Shown piece after piece: positions 49,141 to 58,492 of a stretch of 64,000 nucleotides of DNA; positions within the stretch are counted from its first letter, which is position 1; each line of letters begins with the position of its first letter. Source of the stretch: an uncultured Candidatus Rokubacteria bacterium (GTDB lineage Bacteria; Methylomirabilota; Methylomirabilia; Rokubacteriales; DASRDR01). The notes beneath the pieces were generated by a model. It did not search any database and was not told the origin of the DNA. It saw only the letters and a list, made by a program, of their open reading frames with translations. The stretch covers positions 32,001 through 96,000 of the forward strand of contig CAVPSB010000030.1 in NCBI GenBank assembly GCA_963708025.1, in the 5' to 3' direction. The position numbers and the translations under genes are program-made.

Positions 49141-49952
49141 GCGGGCTCCTGGCGGACGTGCTGGGCGGCCCGCCCCCGGTCGCGCCGCCTCGGCCGAGGC
49201 GACTGGGGCGAAGTCTCGGCGCGACGGTGGCCTTCGGCCTGATCCTGGCGGCGACGGCCAGGCTCGTCGAGTTGCGCCCCCTGGAGCTCTTGCGGGATGC
49301 CGGCAACATCGCGGTGTTCCTGCGCGGCTACCTCCACCCGTCCTTCGTGCACCTCGACGCGTACCTGTGGGAGTCCCTGGTGACGCTCTCGATCGCGCTC
49401 TGGGGCACCGTGCTGGCGGTCCTGATCGCCACGCCGCTGGGCCTCCTGGGCGCGCGCAATCTGGCCCCGCACCCCGTCGTCTATCAGCTGGCGCGGCGCG
49501 CCATGGATGTCCTCCGCGCGGTCAACGAGTTCGTCTTCGCGCTGATGTTCGTGACCGCGGTCGGGCTCGGTCCGTTCGCCGGCATGCTCGCCCTCGGCCT
49601 CCACACCGGCGGCGTGCTCGGCAAGCTGCTCTCGGAGACGGTGGAGGCCATCGACCCCGGCCAGGTCGAGGGCGTCGCCGCCACCGGGGCCTCGCGGCTG
49701 CACGTCGTCAGCTTTGCCGTGGCACCGCAGGTGCTGCCGAACTTCGTGTCCTACGTCCTGCTCCGGTTCGAATCGGACATCCGCTCGGCGTCGGTCATCG
49801 GCATGATCGGCGGTGGGGGGATCGGCTTCTACCTGTGGGACACCATCCGCGCCTTCAATGACCGCGAAGCGGCCACCGTGATCCTGCTCATCGTGGCCAT
49901 GGTGATGCTGACCGACGTCGTCTCGGCGCGCGTGCGCCGGATGACCATCTGA
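49137..49952 (+). CDS. phnE: Phosphonate ABC permease
   Basis: GPFAGMLAL, GVLGKLLSE, RFESDIRSASVIGMIGGGGIG. Confidence 0.93.
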   Translation: MSGLLADVLGGPPPVAPPRPRRLGRSLGATVAFGLILAATARLVELRPLELLRDAGNIAVFLRGYLHPSFVHLDAYLWESLVTLSIALWGTVLAVLIATPLGLLGARNLAPHPVVYQLARRAMDVLRAVNEFVFALMFVTAVGLGPFAGMLALGLHTGGVLGKLLSETVEAIDPGQVEGVAATGASRLHVVSFAVAPQVLPNFVSYVLLRFESDIRSASVIGMIGGGGIGFYLWDTIRAFNDREAATVILLIVAMVMLTDVVSARVRRMTI

Positions 49953-49965
49953 GGAGGTTCTGCCG

Positions 49966-50865
49966 ATGCCGAACCGCCGCGCCGTGCTCCGCAGCCTGGC
50001 CGCCACCACGATCGGCCTTCTCGTGCTCTCGGCCGGTGCCCGCGGCGAGGACGCCGGCTGGCCGAAGGAGATCACCTTCGCCATCCTCTCGACCGAGTCG
50101 GCGCCGGAGATCGCCCGTCGCTGGCGGCCGATTCTCGACCAGGTCGAGAAGGACCTGAAGATCCGGGTCAAGCACGTGACCGCCACGGATTACCGCGGGA
50201 CCATCGAGGCCCTCAAGTTCAAGAAGGCCGAGGTCGGCTGGCTGGGGCCCAAGGCCTACGTCGAGGCGACCAACAACAACTACGCGAACGTGGACGCCAT
50301 CGCCCAGGTCCGGAACGAGAATGGCTCGCTCGGCTACCGGTCCTGCCTGATCGTCCACACGGACTCCGACGTCTTCATGCCCGAGGACCTGGCCGGAAAG
50401 ACGTTCGCGTACAACGACCCGAACTCGACCTCGGGCTATCTGGTGCCCACGACCTTCTTCCTGGGCGAGATGGGGATCGATCCCAAGACGTACTTCGGGA
50501 AGGTCACGTTCTCCGGCTCGCACGAGGCGTCGATCCTGGCGGTGGCCAACAAGAAGGTGGACGTGGCTTCGACCAATCTGCCGGACCTCCAGCAGCTGGT
50601 CCGGGAGGGGAAGGTACCCCGTGGCGCGCTGCGCGTGATCTGGGTGTCCAAGCTGATTCCCAACGACCCGGTGGTCGTGCGCAAGGACTTGCCGGCGACC
50701 CTCCGTCAGGCGATCCAGGAGTCCCTGGTGTCCATGAAGCAGCGGGCGCCGGAGGCCTTCGCCCAGGCGGGCGCCTTCTTCGGCGGCGGGTTCGTGAAGG
50801 TCGACGACTCGAAGTACCAGATCGTTCGCGAGCTCAACGAGACCGCCAAGCGCCTCAAGCAGTAG
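49966..50865 (+). CDS. phnD: Phosphonate-binding protein
   Basis: STES, DYRGTIEAL, DPNSTSGYLVP, SGSHE, IPNDP. Confidence 0.92.
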   Translation: MPNRRAVLRSLAATTIGLLVLSAGARGEDAGWPKEITFAILSTESAPEIARRWRPILDQVEKDLKIRVKHVTATDYRGTIEALKFKKAEVGWLGPKAYVEATNNNYANVDAIAQVRNENGSLGYRSCLIVHTDSDVFMPEDLAGKTFAYNDPNSTSGYLVPTTFFLGEMGIDPKTYFGKVTFSGSHEASILAVANKKVDVASTNLPDLQQLVREGKVPRGALRVIWVSKLIPNDPVVVRKDLPATLRQAIQESLVSMKQRAPEAFAQAGAFFGGGFVKVDDSKYQIVRELNETAKRLKQ

Positions 50866-51053
50866 CTCGCGCCGTCAGCGGTTCGGCGGCGCCGGGTCGG
50901 CGCCCCCGGCTGTCGCCTCGGTGCCGCGCCCATGGCGTCGTGGAGCAGGACGCGAAGCGCCCGCGCCGCGCTCCGGCGCCGATTCATCCGAGCCCACCGG
51001 CCAGCCACCATTACCGGGACGCGACGTCACCCTAGGATGCGCGGTGTCCGGAC

Positions 51054-51107
51054 TTCGCCGAGACTTCACCGGCCGGTCATCGGCCAGCAACACCGCCGGC
51101 GCACCCT
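51054..51107 (+). promoter_or_regulatory. Pho-box array and -10 for the usp-CBS operon
   Basis: TTCGC-N6-TTCAC-N6-GTCAT-N6-GCAAC-N10-CACCCT. Confidence 0.6.
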
Positions 51108-51142
51108 CGATCATGCCACCATTCAGACGAGGAGGTTGACAG

Positions 51143-51598
51143 ATGTACGGACGCATCCTGGTTGCGCTGGACGGAAGCCCGCCCGGCGGGCGTATCGTGC
51201 CGTGGGTCCGATTGCTCGCCCGAGGCTCGGGGAGTGCGGTGCGCCTGCTGACGGTATGTCGCCCGGTGCGCGAACCGATCACGGCCCGGGGCCGAACCGT
51301 CGCCTACGTGGACCAGCTCGAGGACCGGGCGCGCGGCCACGCGCTGGCGTACCTCCAGGGCCTCGCCGCGCGGCTGCAGGAGGACGGCATCCCGGCGGCG
51401 GTGGAGGTGCGGTTCGGCGATCCGGTCGAGACGATCCTGACCGTGGCCCGTGACTCCGCGGTCGATTTGATCGTGATGGGGACCCGGGGAACCCGAGGTC
51501 TGGGACGCGTGCTGTCACCGAGCGTGACGCGCGCCATCCTGACACGCGCCCCGCTCCCCGTCCTGATCGCGCGGCTCCGCGGTCAGCGAGCGGCCTGA
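51143..51598 (+). CDS. Universal stress protein
   Basis: RILVALDGS, GDPVETIL, DLIVMGTRG, PVLI. Confidence 0.9.
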   Translation: MYGRILVALDGSPPGGRIVPWVRLLARGSGSAVRLLTVCRPVREPITARGRTVAYVDQLEDRARGHALAYLQGLAARLQEDGIPAAVEVRFGDPVETILTVARDSAVDLIVMGTRGTRGLGRVLSPSVTRAILTRAPLPVLIARLRGQRAA

Positions 51599-51608
51599 GG
51601 AGGCGAGA

Positions 51609-52457
51609 ATGCAGGTCAAGACCCTGATGAAGACGTCCTTGGTGACCATCGATCCGACCGCCACCCTGGCTCAGGCGCGAGAGCTGATGGCGGCGGAGGG
51701 AGTGAGGGAGCTGCCGGTGGTGAGGGACGCCCGGCTGGTCGGCATGCTGACGGACCGGGACATGCGAGCGGCTGCCGCCTCGACCCTCCCGCCGCTGGCC
51801 CGGTACGAGCACCCGCCCCTCCTGGACCGCATGGCGGTGGCCGAGGTCATGACCCACGACATCGTCACGGCTGGACCGGACACGCCAGTGCGGGAAGCGG
51901 CCTGCCTGCTCTCGGGCCTGGGCGGGTCCAGCCTCCCCGTTGTCGATGATGGGCTGTTCCTGGGCCTGGTTTCCACCCGCGAGCTTCTGGGAGTGCTGGC
52001 GGGCGTGCTCGACCATCGACGGCCGGCCGGCTTCCGCCACATCCTGATTCCGATCGACGGCACGCTGGCCGGCGCCGACGCTCTCGCCGCCGGCCTCGCC
52101 CTCGCCCGCCAGCACGGCGGCGAGACGACGATGTTGCACGTGCTCGTCCCCTTCGGCCGGTACGCGGTCGCCGAGCTCGTTCCCGCCGCCCTGCTGACCG
52201 AGCTGGTGGCTGCCCGAAAGGCGGGTGCGTGTCGTCTGTTGCGCAAGGAGATGCCATCCCTGGAAGGCGGCCTGGAGGCGGTCGAGGACGACCCGGTCCA
52301 GGGCATCGTCCGGGTGGCGGCGCGGATCGACGCCCAGCTGATCGTCATGGCGCGCCGTTCCCGGGCCCGGTCCCTCGTCGAGGCCGTCGTGCGGGCGGCC
52401 CCGTGTCCCGTGCTCGTGGTCGATAGCGGAAAGGAGCCGCCCGATGCTCGTGCGTGA
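51609..52457 (+). CDS. CBS pair-Usp fusion protein
   Basis: LPVV...LVGMLTDRD, VAEVMT, then HILIPIDG...APCPVLVV. Confidence 0.85.
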   Translation: MQVKTLMKTSLVTIDPTATLAQARELMAAEGVRELPVVRDARLVGMLTDRDMRAAAASTLPPLARYEHPPLLDRMAVAEVMTHDIVTAGPDTPVREAACLLSGLGGSSLPVVDDGLFLGLVSTRELLGVLAGVLDHRRPAGFRHILIPIDGTLAGADALAAGLALARQHGGETTMLHVLVPFGRYAVAELVPAALLTELVAARKAGACRLLRKEMPSLEGGLEAVEDDPVQGIVRVAARIDAQLIVMARRSRARSLVEAVVRAAPCPVLVVDSGKEPPDARA

Positions 52458-52866
52458 CTGCATGGTGCGCTCGGTCGCGACGATCGAGGCCGACGTCGCC
52501 CTCGGCGGGGCGGCCGCCTCGATGGCGCGTCATGGCGTTCGCCATCTTCCGGTCGTGCACCGGGGGCGGATGGTGGGGCTGGTGAGCGACCGCGAGCTGC
52601 TGGCGGCGCGGCCGTCGCCGGCCACCAGCCTGACCATCGGGGAGATCCGCGCACGCCTGAACCAGATCCCGGTGGCCGAGGTCATGGTACGCGATCCGAC
52701 CTGGGTCGTGCCGGCCACGCCGCTCGCCGAGGCGGCCCGGCTCATGCGAGACCACGCGCTGGAGGCCCTGCCGGTGCTCAGGGACGGTCGGCTCGTGGGC
52801 CTGGTCACCGAAGGGATCGTGCTCCGCGTGCTGGCGGCGCTCCTCGAACAGCAGTCGCCCGGCTAG
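52444..52866 (+). CDS. CBS-domain protein (AcuB-like)
   Basis: MLVRDCM, VRHLPVV, SPATSL, VAEVM, LVGLVT. Confidence 0.88.
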   Translation: MLVRDCMVRSVATIEADVALGGAAASMARHGVRHLPVVHRGRMVGLVSDRELLAARPSPATSLTIGEIRARLNQIPVAEVMVRDPTWVVPATPLAEAARLMRDHALEALPVLRDGRLVGLVTEGIVLRVLAALLEQQSPG

Positions 52867-53300
52867 GCGTCCGCAGCGATGAAGCGACCCGTTCCCGGAC
52901 GACGTCGTCCGGCCACTGCTCGGGCGGCGCCTTCATGAGATAGGCGGAAGGAGCGAACGGGGCGCCCTTCACGCCCCGGTCGAGGGCGATCCGGCAGCAC
53001 CGGATGGCGTCGGCGACGACGCCCACCGAGTTCGGAGAGTCCCACACATCGAGCTTCAACTCGACGGCAATCGGCTGATCGCCGGAGCCTGCCCCTCGAG
53101 CCGGATGTGAGCCCACTTCCGGTCCTCGCGCCACGGCACGTATTCGCTCGGCCCGACGTGGACGGCGGGAATCGTGCCCTCGACGGCCTTCCGTGCGACC
53201 GCGCCCCCTCGCCGCCAACCTTGCCGGCCGCCCGGACCTCCCCTCGGGCCGCGGGATTGGGCCGCCATCCCGAGGTCGCCGTCGATCGAGTACGCGACCG
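52863..53300 (-). pseudogene. ino1: Decayed, internally deleted duplicate of the repeat protein-ino1 operon
   Basis: 52863-53166 matches the ino1 3' end (42646-42955) with frameshifts; 53168-53300 matches the repeat gene (about 43973-44110). Confidence 0.85.
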
Positions 53301-53310
53301 GATCCCCGAG

Positions 53311-53356
53311 CGTGTAGGAGTCGGTGGTAGGAGATTCCCAGTTGCGAAAGTGTTAC
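53311..53356 (-). promoter_or_regulatory. Pho-box-like pair and -10 of the decayed operon copy
   Basis: GTAAC-actttc-GCAAC, 24 nt, TACACG; similar to 21109 and 44571. Confidence 0.55.
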
Positions 53357-53519
53357 TGTCCTGGGAGGCACTGCGGGGCCGGACCGTTGCCCCCTTTCGG
53401 CTTTCGAGACGACGAGCGCCGTCGTATCGTGGGCTTTACCCGACTGGACCGGGTCGAAGGCTCGGGAGGGGGTGTTCCCAAGTCTGAGCGGCTCCGGTGA
53501 CTCATACGGGGGGACGTGG

Positions 53520-54848
53520 GTGAGCACTCATCGGGAAGTTGGGCCTCGGTCGAGGCAGATCGTCGAGCAGGAGCGCCCGTTCATGGCTCCTGGTCTTCAG
53601 GGCTTCGCGCAATACGCAGGCCTGGCGATGGCGCGGGGCCGCGGCTGCACGCTGATCGACGAGGACGGTCACGAATACATCGACTTCATCGCCGGGATCG
53701 GCGTCGGCAGCGTCGGGCACTGCCACCCGGACTACGTGGAAGCGCTCAAGCGTCAAGTCGAGACGCTGACCTTCGGCAGCTTCACCACCGAGATGCGGGC
53801 GCGGTTCCTGGAGCGCCTGGCGTCGGTCACGCCGGCCGGACTGACCCGCATCCAGCTCTTCTCCGGCGGCGCCGAAGCCGTCGAGGCAGCGCTGCGGCTG
53901 GCCAAGGCGGCGACCGGGCGACACGAGATCATCGGGTTCTGGGGAGGATTCCACGGCAAGACGGGCGGGGTTCTGGGTCTGCTCGGTAGCGAGTTCAAGC
54001 ATCACCTGGGGCCATTCATGCCGGGCCAGTACCTCACGCCGTACGCCGACTGCTACCGCTGCCCCTTCCGCCTCCGCTATCCAGCCTGCGGCATCGCCTG
54101 CGCCGAGTACGTCCGCGACGTGATCCGCTACCAGACGGCAGGCGAGATCGCCGCCATCATCGTCGAGCCCATCCAGGGGACGGCCGGCAACGTGGTGCCG
54201 CCCGACGGCTTCCTCCGGGCGGTCCAGGCGGTGGCCAAGGACCATGGGGCCTTGCTGATCGCCGACGAGATGCTGACGGGCTTCGGCCGCACCGGCACCA
54301 TGTGGGGCTCTCAGCACGACGGCGTCGTCCCGGACGTGATGACGGTGGGCAAGGGCATGGGCGGGGGATTTCCGCTGAGTGGGGTCATCTCGACGGAGGC
54401 CCTGACCAGTCGTCCGCCGTGGTCCAATCCGAGCGCCAGCTCCTCGAGCTACGGTGGCAACCCGCTGGCCTCGGCGGCGGGGGCCGTGGTCCTGGAGATC
54501 CTCTTGAAGGAGGACCTCGTCACGAACGCCGAGCGGGTGGGACGTGCCATGCTCACGCGGCTCGAAGCGCTGAAGGAAAAGTATCAGTGCGTGGGCGAGG
54601 TGCGTGGCAAGGGCCTGATGCTGGGGGTCGAGCTCGTCAGCGACCGGCGGACCAAGGAGCCGCTGGCCAGGGACGTCTCCCGAGCGCTGTACCAGGAGTG
54701 CCTGCGGCGCGGGCTCGTCGCCATGACGTACTCGCCCTCGATCCGGATCAACCCTCCGCTGGTGATCCGCGAGGACGAGGCGCTGGCGGGGCTCGCCATC
54801 CTGGACGAGGCGCTGGCCGCCGTCGTCAGCGAATACCGGCTCGCCTAG
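53520..54848 (+). CDS. Class III PLP aminotransferase-fold enzyme
   Basis: YIDFIAGIG, SGGAEAVE, GFHGKT, EPIQG, DEMLTGFGRTG, GKGMGGG, SYGGNP. Confidence 0.92.
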   Translation: MSTHREVGPRSRQIVEQERPFMAPGLQGFAQYAGLAMARGRGCTLIDEDGHEYIDFIAGIGVGSVGHCHPDYVEALKRQVETLTFGSFTTEMRARFLERLASVTPAGLTRIQLFSGGAEAVEAALRLAKAATGRHEIIGFWGGFHGKTGGVLGLLGSEFKHHLGPFMPGQYLTPYADCYRCPFRLRYPACGIACAEYVRDVIRYQTAGEIAAIIVEPIQGTAGNVVPPDGFLRAVQAVAKDHGALLIADEMLTGFGRTGTMWGSQHDGVVPDVMTVGKGMGGGFPLSGVISTEALTSRPPWSNPSASSSSYGGNPLASAAGAVVLEILLKEDLVTNAERVGRAMLTRLEALKEKYQCVGEVRGKGLMLGVELVSDRRTKEPLARDVSRALYQECLRRGLVAMTYSPSIRINPPLVIREDEALAGLAILDEALAAVVSEYRLA

Positions 54849-55886
54849 ATGCTGCGCGGCGCGATGATCGGGCTGGGCAACGTCGCCCTCCACGGGCACC
54901 TGCCCGGGTGGCGGGGGCGCCATGATGTGGAGATCGTGGCGGCGACCGACCGGCAGGGCCGCCAGCGCCTCGAGCTCGCGCGACACCTTCCAGCCGCGCG
55001 CTGGTGCGACTCCGCCGCCGCCCTCCTCACCGTCCCGGGCCTGGACTTCGTCGACATCTGCACGCCGCCCTCCAGCCACGCCGCCCTGATCCGCACTGCC
55101 CTCGAGTGCGGGCTTCACGTGCTCTGCGAGAAACCCCTGGTGGGCTCGCTCGGCGAGCTGGTGTCGCTGGCTCGCCTGGCCGCCACGAAGGGCGCCGTCC
55201 TCCACACCGTTCACAACTGGCACTACGCTCCCATCGTGGACCGCGCTGCCCGGCTGATTCGTGACGGCCGGGTCGGGCAGGTGACGCGGGTCGTGTGGCA
55301 CACGCTCCGAACCCAGCCCGCGACGGGGGGCGACGAGTGCCACGGCAACTGGCGAGTGGACCCCGACGTGGCCGGTGGGGGCGTGCTCACCGACCACGGC
55401 TGGCACGTGAGCTACGTGCTCCGGCACTGGATTGGCGCCCATCCGACCGCGGTGAGCGCGCGGCTGGAGACACGTCGGCACACCCAGTGGCCGGTGGAAG
55501 ATACGGCCACCCTCCAGCTGGCCTTCCCCGGCGCCACGGCCGAAATCCTGCTCACCTGGGCCGGCGACGTCCGGCGCAACTGGGCGGAGGTGACCGGCAC
55601 CGCCGGGCAGATCGAGCTGTGCGACGACACGCTGGTGCTCCGGCACGGCCGCCAGGAGCGTCGCTGGCTGTGCCCGCCCGCGCTGTCCAACGGCTCCCAT
55701 CACCCGGACTGGTTCGGCTCCGTCGCCGAGGATTTCCTGACGCGGGTCAGGGGCGGGGCGCCGTCCCACGGCAATCTGACCGAGGCGGCGCTGTGCCTGG
55801 CCCTGGAGAGCCAGGCGCGCGAATCGAGCCGTCGCGATGGCGAGGCGCTACCGCTCCGAGTGCCGGAGCTCGACGACGTCGTCTGA
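54849..55886 (+). CDS. Gfo/Idh/MocA family oxidoreductase
   Basis: GLGNVA, ICTPP, LCEKP, GGGVLTDHGWH. Confidence 0.92.
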   Translation: MLRGAMIGLGNVALHGHLPGWRGRHDVEIVAATDRQGRQRLELARHLPAARWCDSAAALLTVPGLDFVDICTPPSSHAALIRTALECGLHVLCEKPLVGSLGELVSLARLAATKGAVLHTVHNWHYAPIVDRAARLIRDGRVGQVTRVVWHTLRTQPATGGDECHGNWRVDPDVAGGGVLTDHGWHVSYVLRHWIGAHPTAVSARLETRRHTQWPVEDTATLQLAFPGATAEILLTWAGDVRRNWAEVTGTAGQIELCDDTLVLRHGRQERRWLCPPALSNGSHHPDWFGSVAEDFLTRVRGGAPSHGNLTEAALCLALESQARESSRRDGEALPLRVPELDDVV

Positions 55887-56040
55887 GAAGGCGGAAATCG
55901 AGCCCGATCGCGCATTTGCTTTCCCGCGCGACAAGGGGTCTCGACGCGTGGTGAGTGCCGGGCTGGTGCCAGGCTCCGGCCGCCAGCGGCCCGATCAGAC
56001 GGTCCGGGAGGAGGCCCGGGCGAGACCAGGAACGGTCGGG

Positions 56041-56232
56041 TCAGGCTTCATCGACGCATCGGACGTGGACGCGTCCGCGCCCGCCCGCATCGTAGTATTC
56101 CTCGCCGGTGCGAATCTGCCGCCGGCAGCGCAGGCAGCGATACGGCGCGGTCCGGCCATGCCGCTGCGTGGACCGGCGCCGGGGGTACCGGCGAGCCTGC
56201 GGGTCCGTCAGCGGGCGAGGTGCGCGCGGCAT
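56041..56232 (-). CDS. Small basic zinc-finger-like protein
   Basis: C-x2-C-x17-H-x2-C (CLRC...HVRC); 14 nt after the methyltransferase stop. Confidence 0.55.
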   Translation of the reverse strand: MPRAPRPLTDPQARRYPRRRSTQRHGRTAPYRCLRCRRQIRTGEEYYDAGGRGRVHVRCVDEA

Positions 56233-56246
56233 GGCCGTCCGGGAAT

Positions 56247-56921
56247 TCAGCTCGGCGACGGGCGTCGGCGCCCGAGCATCGCGAACCGGGTGAGGTTCGC
56301 CGGAAAGTCACCGGCGTGGAGCGTCTCCACCCGGATGTCGCCGAATCCGGCGCTCTCCAGCGCGAGGCGGAGCTGCGGGACGCGGTACGGCCGGAAGCGA
56401 TACAGCTGGCCGAGGAGCGCGCCGGGTGGGCCCGCGCGGACCCCGAGCACCAGCAACAGCCCCCCCGGCTTGAGCAAGAGGTGGAGGCGCTCGAGGGTTT
56501 CTTGCAGCGGGACGTGCTCGAGAGCGGCGCCCGCGGTGATCGCGTCGTAGCCCCCGGGCGGCGGCACCAGCATCCGGCCGTCGTCCAGGCGGCGGAGTCG
56601 CTCGGGAGCCCCCAGATCCCCTTCGGCGATCGTCAGTCGCTCGGAGACCTCGGGCCGGCGCCGGGCGGAGCGTCGCATGACGGCTAGCATACGACGGTCA
56701 ACGTCGAACGCAACCACTGCCGCCTGGGGGCAACGCCGGAGGAGGTAGTAGGCGATGAGCCCGGTGCCGCAGCCGGCGTCCAGGATGTGTGGTTGCCCGG
56801 GTAGATCGAGAGGGAGCCGGTCCAGGAACCGTGTCAGCCCACGCCTGAATCCGGAGAGCGTCAGGGTCACGTCGTAGAGTGAGGCGATCCGCCCGTACGG
56901 CAGGCGCCCGGCCTCGCTCAT
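56247..56921 (-). CDS. Class I SAM-dependent methyltransferase
   Basis: ILDAGCGTG, AFDVD, YDAI, LLKPGG. Confidence 0.9.
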   Translation of the reverse strand: MSEAGRLPYGRIASLYDVTLTLSGFRRGLTRFLDRLPLDLPGQPHILDAGCGTGLIAYYLLRRCPQAAVVAFDVDRRMLAVMRRSARRRPEVSERLTIAEGDLGAPERLRRLDDGRMLVPPPGGYDAITAGAALEHVPLQETLERLHLLLKPGGLLLVLGVRAGPPGALLGQLYRFRPYRVPQLRLALESAGFGDIRVETLHAGDFPANLTRFAMLGRRRPSPS

Positions 56922-56935
56922 CGCGCGCGTGTCCG

Positions 56936-58492
56936 TCAGGACAAGAGCGGCTCGCGCTGGCGCTGCCGGGCCTCCAGAAGTCCGTCAACCACGGAGCGGT
57001 CATTGGTCACACGGGGTATCTTGTGCTGATCGCCCAGCTTGCCGTGCTCGCGCATCCAGCGGTGGAAGCTGCCGGGCGGTAGCTCCACCAGGCGGGGCGG
57101 CAGCATTCCGACGCCATCGGCTCGCTTCGTCCGGTAGTCCGGGTTGAGCCCGGCCAGGGCCTCGTCGAGCGCGCGCTCGAAGTCCTCGGGGCGGCGGGGC
57201 GGACGGCAGAACTCCACGAGCCAGTCGTGGCCCCCCCGCGGCTCCGATGCCGACGGGTAGCGGGGCGCCACCGTGAACTCGACGACCTCGGCGTCCGTCC
57301 GCCGGCAGGCGTCCCGGAGCGTCCGCTCGACCTCCTCGACGATGACGTTCTCGCCGAAGGCGTTGACGAAGTGACGGACGCGGCCGGTGATGACGAGCCG
57401 GAGCGGGTCGCGCGCCGTGAAGCGCACGGTGTCGCCGAGAAGATAGGACCAGAGGCCGGCCGGAGTGGAGAGCGCGACCGCATACGGCCTATCCAGCTCG
57501 ACATCGGCGACGCTGTGACGGCACGGCCACGCGCGCTCCAGGTCCTCGACCGGGACGAACTCGTAGAAGAGGCCGTAGTCGAGCATGAGGGTGAGGCCGC
57601 CGCTCCGCTCGGTCTGGACCGCCACGAATCCCTCGGAGGCGGGGTACACCTCCAGGTAGTCGAGGGGCCGTCGAAGCCAGGCGTCGAAGAGCGAGCGGTA
57701 TGGCACGAACGAGACCCCGCCGTGGATGAAGACCGAGAGGTTGGGCCAGCAGTCGGCCAGTGCGCCCTCCGCCCCGCCGGCCCCGGCGCCGGGCCGCCGC
57801 AGCTGGGCCACGCGCTCGAGGAGGATCAGCATCCAGGACGGCATGCCGGCCAGCAACCGGAGGTCCTGCCGCGCCACCAGCGAGGCCGTGGCGGCCAGCC
57901 GCGTCTCCCAGTCGCCGATGGCGGCGATCGCGGCCCCCGGCGAGTAGCGCTCGCGGAACCCGGGCGGCAGCGCGCGCACCGCGAGACCGGAGAGGTCGCC
58001 GAGCTGACCGCCGTCGCCGTAGGGCGCCAGGGTGGTGGTCCCGCCGAGGAAGAGCATCGGCCCGCCCAGCAGGTGACGGGCACCCGCCCGCTCGGCGGCC
58101 AGCAGGAAGGCGTCCCAGCCGCCCTTGCGGTGGGCGGCCAGCGCCTCGGGCGTCACCGGGAGGGTCTTCTCCCCGGCCGTCGTCCCGGCCGTCTTGACCC
58201 ACCGGAGCGGTCGTCCCGGCCAGGTGACGTCGCGTTCGCCGCGCGCGGCCCGGCCCCACCAGGACTGGAAGTCGAGGTAGCCGCGCAACGGAACCCGGGC
58301 CTGGTAGGCGGTGATCGATCGGATGCCCGCGAAGTCGTGCTGCAGGCCGAAGTCCGTGCGCGCCGCCCTCGCGACCAGCCGGAAGAGCGTCCCCTCCTGG
58401 GTCTCGGGGGCCCGCCGCCACAGGGCATCGAGGGCCCGCCGCCGTCGCGGTCCGTACCAGGCGAGCGCCGCCGCCACCGCCCGCGCGATCAT
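56936..58492 (-). CDS. GH3 family acyl-acid amido synthetase-like protein
   Basis: KTAGTT, EVYPASEGF, GLFYEF, GLWSYLLGD, GDQHKIPR. Confidence 0.9.
   Translation of the reverse strand: MIARAVAAALAWYGPRRRRALDALWRRAPETQEGTLFRLVARAARTDFGLQHDFAGIRSITAYQARVPLRGYLDFQSWWGRAARGERDVTWPGRPLRWVKTAGTTAGEKTLPVTPEALAAHRKGGWDAFLLAAERAGARHLLGGPMLFLGGTTTLAPYGDGGQLGDLSGLAVRALPPGFRERYSPGAAIAAIGDWETRLAATASLVARQDLRLLAGMPSWMLILLERVAQLRRPGAGAGGAEGALADCWPNLSVFIHGGVSFVPYRSLFDAWLRRPLDYLEVYPASEGFVAVQTERSGGLTLMLDYGLFYEFVPVEDLERAWPCRHSVADVELDRPYAVALSTPAGLWSYLLGDTVRFTARDPLRLVITGRVRHFVNAFGENVIVEEVERTLRDACRRTDAEVVEFTVAPRYPSASEPRGGHDWLVEFCRPPRRPEDFERALDEALAGLNPDYRTKRADGVGMLPPRLVELPPGSFHRWMREHGKLGDQHKIPRVTNDRSVVDGLLEARQRQREPLLS

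Noticed and set aside
53502-55769. 755-aa minus-strand ORF
   Set aside because: Antisense of the aminotransferase and oxidoreductase.
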